Source of the DNA: Eledone cirrhosa
Lineage: Eukaryota
NCBI GenBank assembly: GCA_964016885.1
Contig: OZ024741.1
Coordinates: 224,812,001 to 224,876,000 of the forward strand
DNA: 64,000 nucleotides
Reading direction: 5' to 3'
Shown piece by piece: positions 60,201 through 64,000 of this stretch. Below the pieces are notes generated by a model. That model was not told the origin of the DNA and made no database searches. It saw only the letters and a list, made by a program, of their open reading frames with translations. Each line of letters begins with the position of its first letter. Position 1 is the stretch's first letter. Made by a program: the position numbers and the translations under genes.

Positions 60201-63180
60201 GAATATGTTGACAAAAGAGACCCAACGTAGAAATGTTGACTGATTAGACACATTGTGAATATGTTGACAGATGAGACCCAACGTAGAAATGTTGACTGGT
60301 TAGACACATTGTGAATATGTTGACAGATGAGACCCAACGTAGAAATGTTGACTGGTTAGACACATTGTGAATATGTTGACAGATGAGACCCAACGTAGAA
60401 ATGTTGACTGGTTAGACACATTGTGAATATGTTGACAGATGAGACCCAACGTAGAAATGTTGACTGGTTAGATACATTGTGAATATGTTAACAGATGAGA
60501 CCCAACGTAGAAATGTTGACTGGTTAGACACATTGTGAATATGTTAACAGATGAGACCCATCGTAGAAACGTTGACTGGTTAGACACATTGTGAATATGT
60601 TGACAAATGAGACCCAATGTAGAAATGTTGACTGGTTAGATACATTGTGAATATGTTAACAGATGAGACCCAACGTAGAAATGTTGACTGGTTAGACACA
60701 TTGTGAATATGTTAACAGATGAGACCCAACGTAGAAATGTTGACTGGTTAGACACATTGTGAATATGTTGACAGATGAGACCCAACGTAGAAATGTTGAC
60801 TGGTTAGATACATTGTGAATATGTTAACAGATGAGACCCAACGTAGAAATGTTGACTGGTTAGACACATTGTGAATATGTTGACAAAGGAGACCCAACGT
60901 AGAAATGTTGACTGGTTAGATATATTGTGAATATGTTAACAGATGAGACCCAACGTAGAAATGTTGACTGGTTAGACACATTGTGAATATGTTGACAGAT
61001 GAGACCCAACGTAGAAATGTTGACTGGTTAGATACATTGTGAATATGTTGACAGATGAGACCCAACGTAGAAATGTTGACTGGTTAGACACATTGTGAAT
61101 ATGTTGACAGATGAGACCCAACGTAGAAATGTTGACTGGTTAGATACATTGTTAATATGTTGACAAAGGAGACCCAACGTAGAAATGTTGACTGGTTAGA
61201 CACATTGTGAATATTTTAACAGATGAGAGCCAACGTAGATATGTTGACTGGTTAGACACATTGTGAATATGTTGACAAAGGAGACCCAACGTAGAAATGT
61301 TGACTGGTTAGACACATTGTGAATATGTTGACAAAGGAGACCCAACGTAGAAATGTTGACTGGTTAGACACATTGTGAATATGTTAACAGATGAGACCCA
61401 ACGTAGAAATGTTGACTGGTTAGACACATTGTGAATATGTTGACAAAGGAGACCCAACGTAGAAATGTTGACTGGTTAGACACATTGTGAATATGTTAAC
61501 AGATGAGACCCAACGTAGAAATGTTGACTGGTTAGACACATTGTGAATATGTTAACAGATGAGACCCAACGTAGAAATGTTGACTGGTTAGACACATTGT
61601 GAATATGTTAACAGATGAGACCCAACGTAGAAATGTTGACTGGTTAGACACATTGTGAATATGTTGACAAAGGAGACCCAACGTAGAAATGTTGACTGGT
61701 TAGATACATTGTGAATATGTTGACAAAGGAGACCCAACGTAGAAATGTTGAATGGTTAGATACATTGTGAATATGTTGACAGATGAGACCCAACGTAGAA
61801 ATGTTGACTGGTTAGACACATTGTGAATATGTTAACAGATGAGACCCAACGTAGAAATGTTGACTGGTTAGACACATTGTGAATATGTTGACAAAGGAGA
61901 CCCAACGTAGAAATGTTGAATGGTTAGATACATTGTGAATATGTTGACAGATGAGACCCAACGTAGAAATGTTGACTGGTTAGACACATTGTGAATATGT
62001 TAACAGATGAGACCCAACGTAGAAATGTTGACTGGTTAGACACATTGTGAATATGTTAACAGATGAGACCCAACGTAGAAATGTTGACTGGTTAGACACA
62101 TTGTGAATATGTTGACAAAGGAGACCCAACGTAGAAATGTTGACTGGTTAGACACATTGTGAATATGTTAACAGATGAGACCCAACGTAGAAATGTTGAC
62201 TGGTTAGACACATTGTGAATATGTTGACAGATGAGACCCAACGTAGAAATGTTGACTGGTTAGACACATTGTGAATATGTTAACAGATGAGACCCAACGT
62301 AGAAATGTTGACTGGTTAGACACATTGTGAATATGTTAACAGATGAGACCCAACGTAGAAATGTTGACTGGTTAGACACATTGTGAATATGTTGACATAT
62401 GAGACCCAACGTAGATATGTTGACTGGTTAGACACATTGTGAATATGTTGACAGATGAGACCCAACGTAGATATGTTGACTGGTTAGACACATTGTGAAT
62501 ATGTTGACAAATGAGACCCAACGTAGAAATGTTGACTGGTTAGACACATTGTGAATATGTTAACAAAGGAGACCCAACGTAGAAATGTTGACTGGTTAGA
62601 CACATTGTGAATCTGTTAACAGATGAGACCCAACGTAGAAATGTTGACTGGTTAGACACATTGTGAATACGTTGACAGATGAGACCCAACGTAGAAATGT
62701 TGACTGGTTAGACACATTGTGAATATGTTGACAGATGAGACCCAACGTAGAAATGTTGACTGGTTAGACACATTGTGAATATGTTGACAGATGAGACCCA
62801 ACGTAGATATGTTGACTGGTTAGACACATTGTGAATATGTTGACAGATGAGACCCAACGTAGATATGTTGACTGGTTAGACACATTGTGAATATGTTGAC
62901 AGATGAAACCCAACGTAGAAATGTTGACTGGTTAGACACATTGTAAATATGTTGACAAAGGAGACCCAACGTAGAAATGTTGACTGGTTAGACACATTGT
63001 AAATATGTTGACAAAGGAGACCCAACGTAGAAATGTTGACTGGTTAGATACATTGTGAACATGTTGACTGTTGAGACCCAACGTAGAAATGTTGACTGGC
63101 TAGACACATTGTGAATATGTTGACAAAGGAGACTCAATGTGAAAATGTTGACTGGTTAGATACATTTTGAACATGTTGGC
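51300..63180. repeat. 56-bp tandem repeat array, ~212 copies, consensus GAGACCCAACGTAGAAATGTTGACTGGTTAGACACATTGTGAATATGTTGACAGAT
   Basis: The unit is read directly. GAGACCCAAC recurs at 51481 and every 840 bp (15 units) to 62401. The track shows no ORF of 60 aa or more in any frame here. Confidence 0.98.
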
Positions 63181-63496
63181 TGCATTAACACATTAAAGAT
63201 ATTCATTATAGTCATGACATGTAGTTGATTATCGGGTAAATAGAGACCGTATGACGTTCAATGGATAGATAGGCACAGCATGTAAATCTAGACTGAATAG
63301 AAAGGTAACGTGTGCACATGTTAAATTTATAGATAGACACTGGGTGTGTACATGTTGATTGGAAAGCGGAAGAGCGTGTATTGGTGTAGTTGCTATTATT
63401 TAGTTATTAGTCAGCCTTGATGGATCAGGTATATGATCAAAGCCAATCAAGCTATTACTATTCTAACTTTCCCCTGCATTATACATTATAACCGAA

Positions 63497-63600
63497 AGAA
63501 TACAAGCGGCCGAAATGGGGTTCTTCCAAAGGATCTTTGGAGTAACGTTACTCGATAGAGTGTGTAGCTCAGAGATCAGAGTCACTCCAGGTACAGCCGA
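63497..63600 (+). mobile_element. Small RTE-clade LINE fragment (post-RT region)
   Basis: Translates RIQAAEMGFFQRIFGVTLLDRVCSSEIR, matching the RTE motif RIQAAEM.FLRR..G....DRVR...IR. Confidence 0.8.
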
Positions 63601-64000
63601 TCGGTCGCACATTTTGGCGTGGGAGACTATTCATTAAATTTAAGATGAATACTATCTCCCACAGTAACGTCACAACTGCCAGTCATGTTGAATAACTGGA
63701 TATTCTTCAAACTATATCTTCTGAAGACACCTTTTATTCGAATTCGTAGAGATATCCGACTAAATACACAATTTATTTTACAAGGATTTGCTACAAATAG
63801 CATGGTCTGACACAATATCAACAAAAACAATTTATCGAACACAAGGAGCGTAAACAATTTACAGGAGAAAACCAGTGAGAAAATCACCAACATTTATGCA
63901 TCTAATAACTGCATATACACTTGTACAGAGACAAAATATATGCACATGCACACATACAACTCAAAACATCCACATCCACACATACAATAACATCCATACC

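Noticed and set aside
51300-63180. CRISPR-like array (constant ATGTTGAC with 20-nt intervals)
   Set aside because: The intervals are two alternating near-constant sequences, not unique spacers. There are no cas genes and the context is eukaryotic.

Overview
Repeat-dominated eukaryotic DNA with no recognisable host gene. The (TA)n/(CA)n/(TATG)n-rich context with RTE and Penelope-like elements resembles a cephalopod or other mollusc genome; this is inference only. Positions 1-~42.2 kb are one strand-asymmetric GT-rich 39-bp minisatellite (roughly 1,100 units) with layered kb-scale duplications, decaying into degenerate (GTT)n. Nearly all ORFs in the supplied track are artefacts of this array. 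An ~8-kb interspersed island (43.2-51.3 kb) holds an internally deleted RTE-type non-autonomous retroposon and a near full-length but disabled Penelope-like element (PLE). The PLE has RT plus a C-terminal GIY-YIG domain (Nematis-like), a tandem pseudo-LTR, an inverted 5' segment, hammerhead ribozymes and an Asn-rich insert. The island also has two short fragments with divergent hammerhead-like motifs between (TA)n tracts, and a Tc2-type MITE. Positions 51.3-63.2 kb are a second satellite, a 56-bp (2x28) array with no net length change. An RTE RT fragment follows it.
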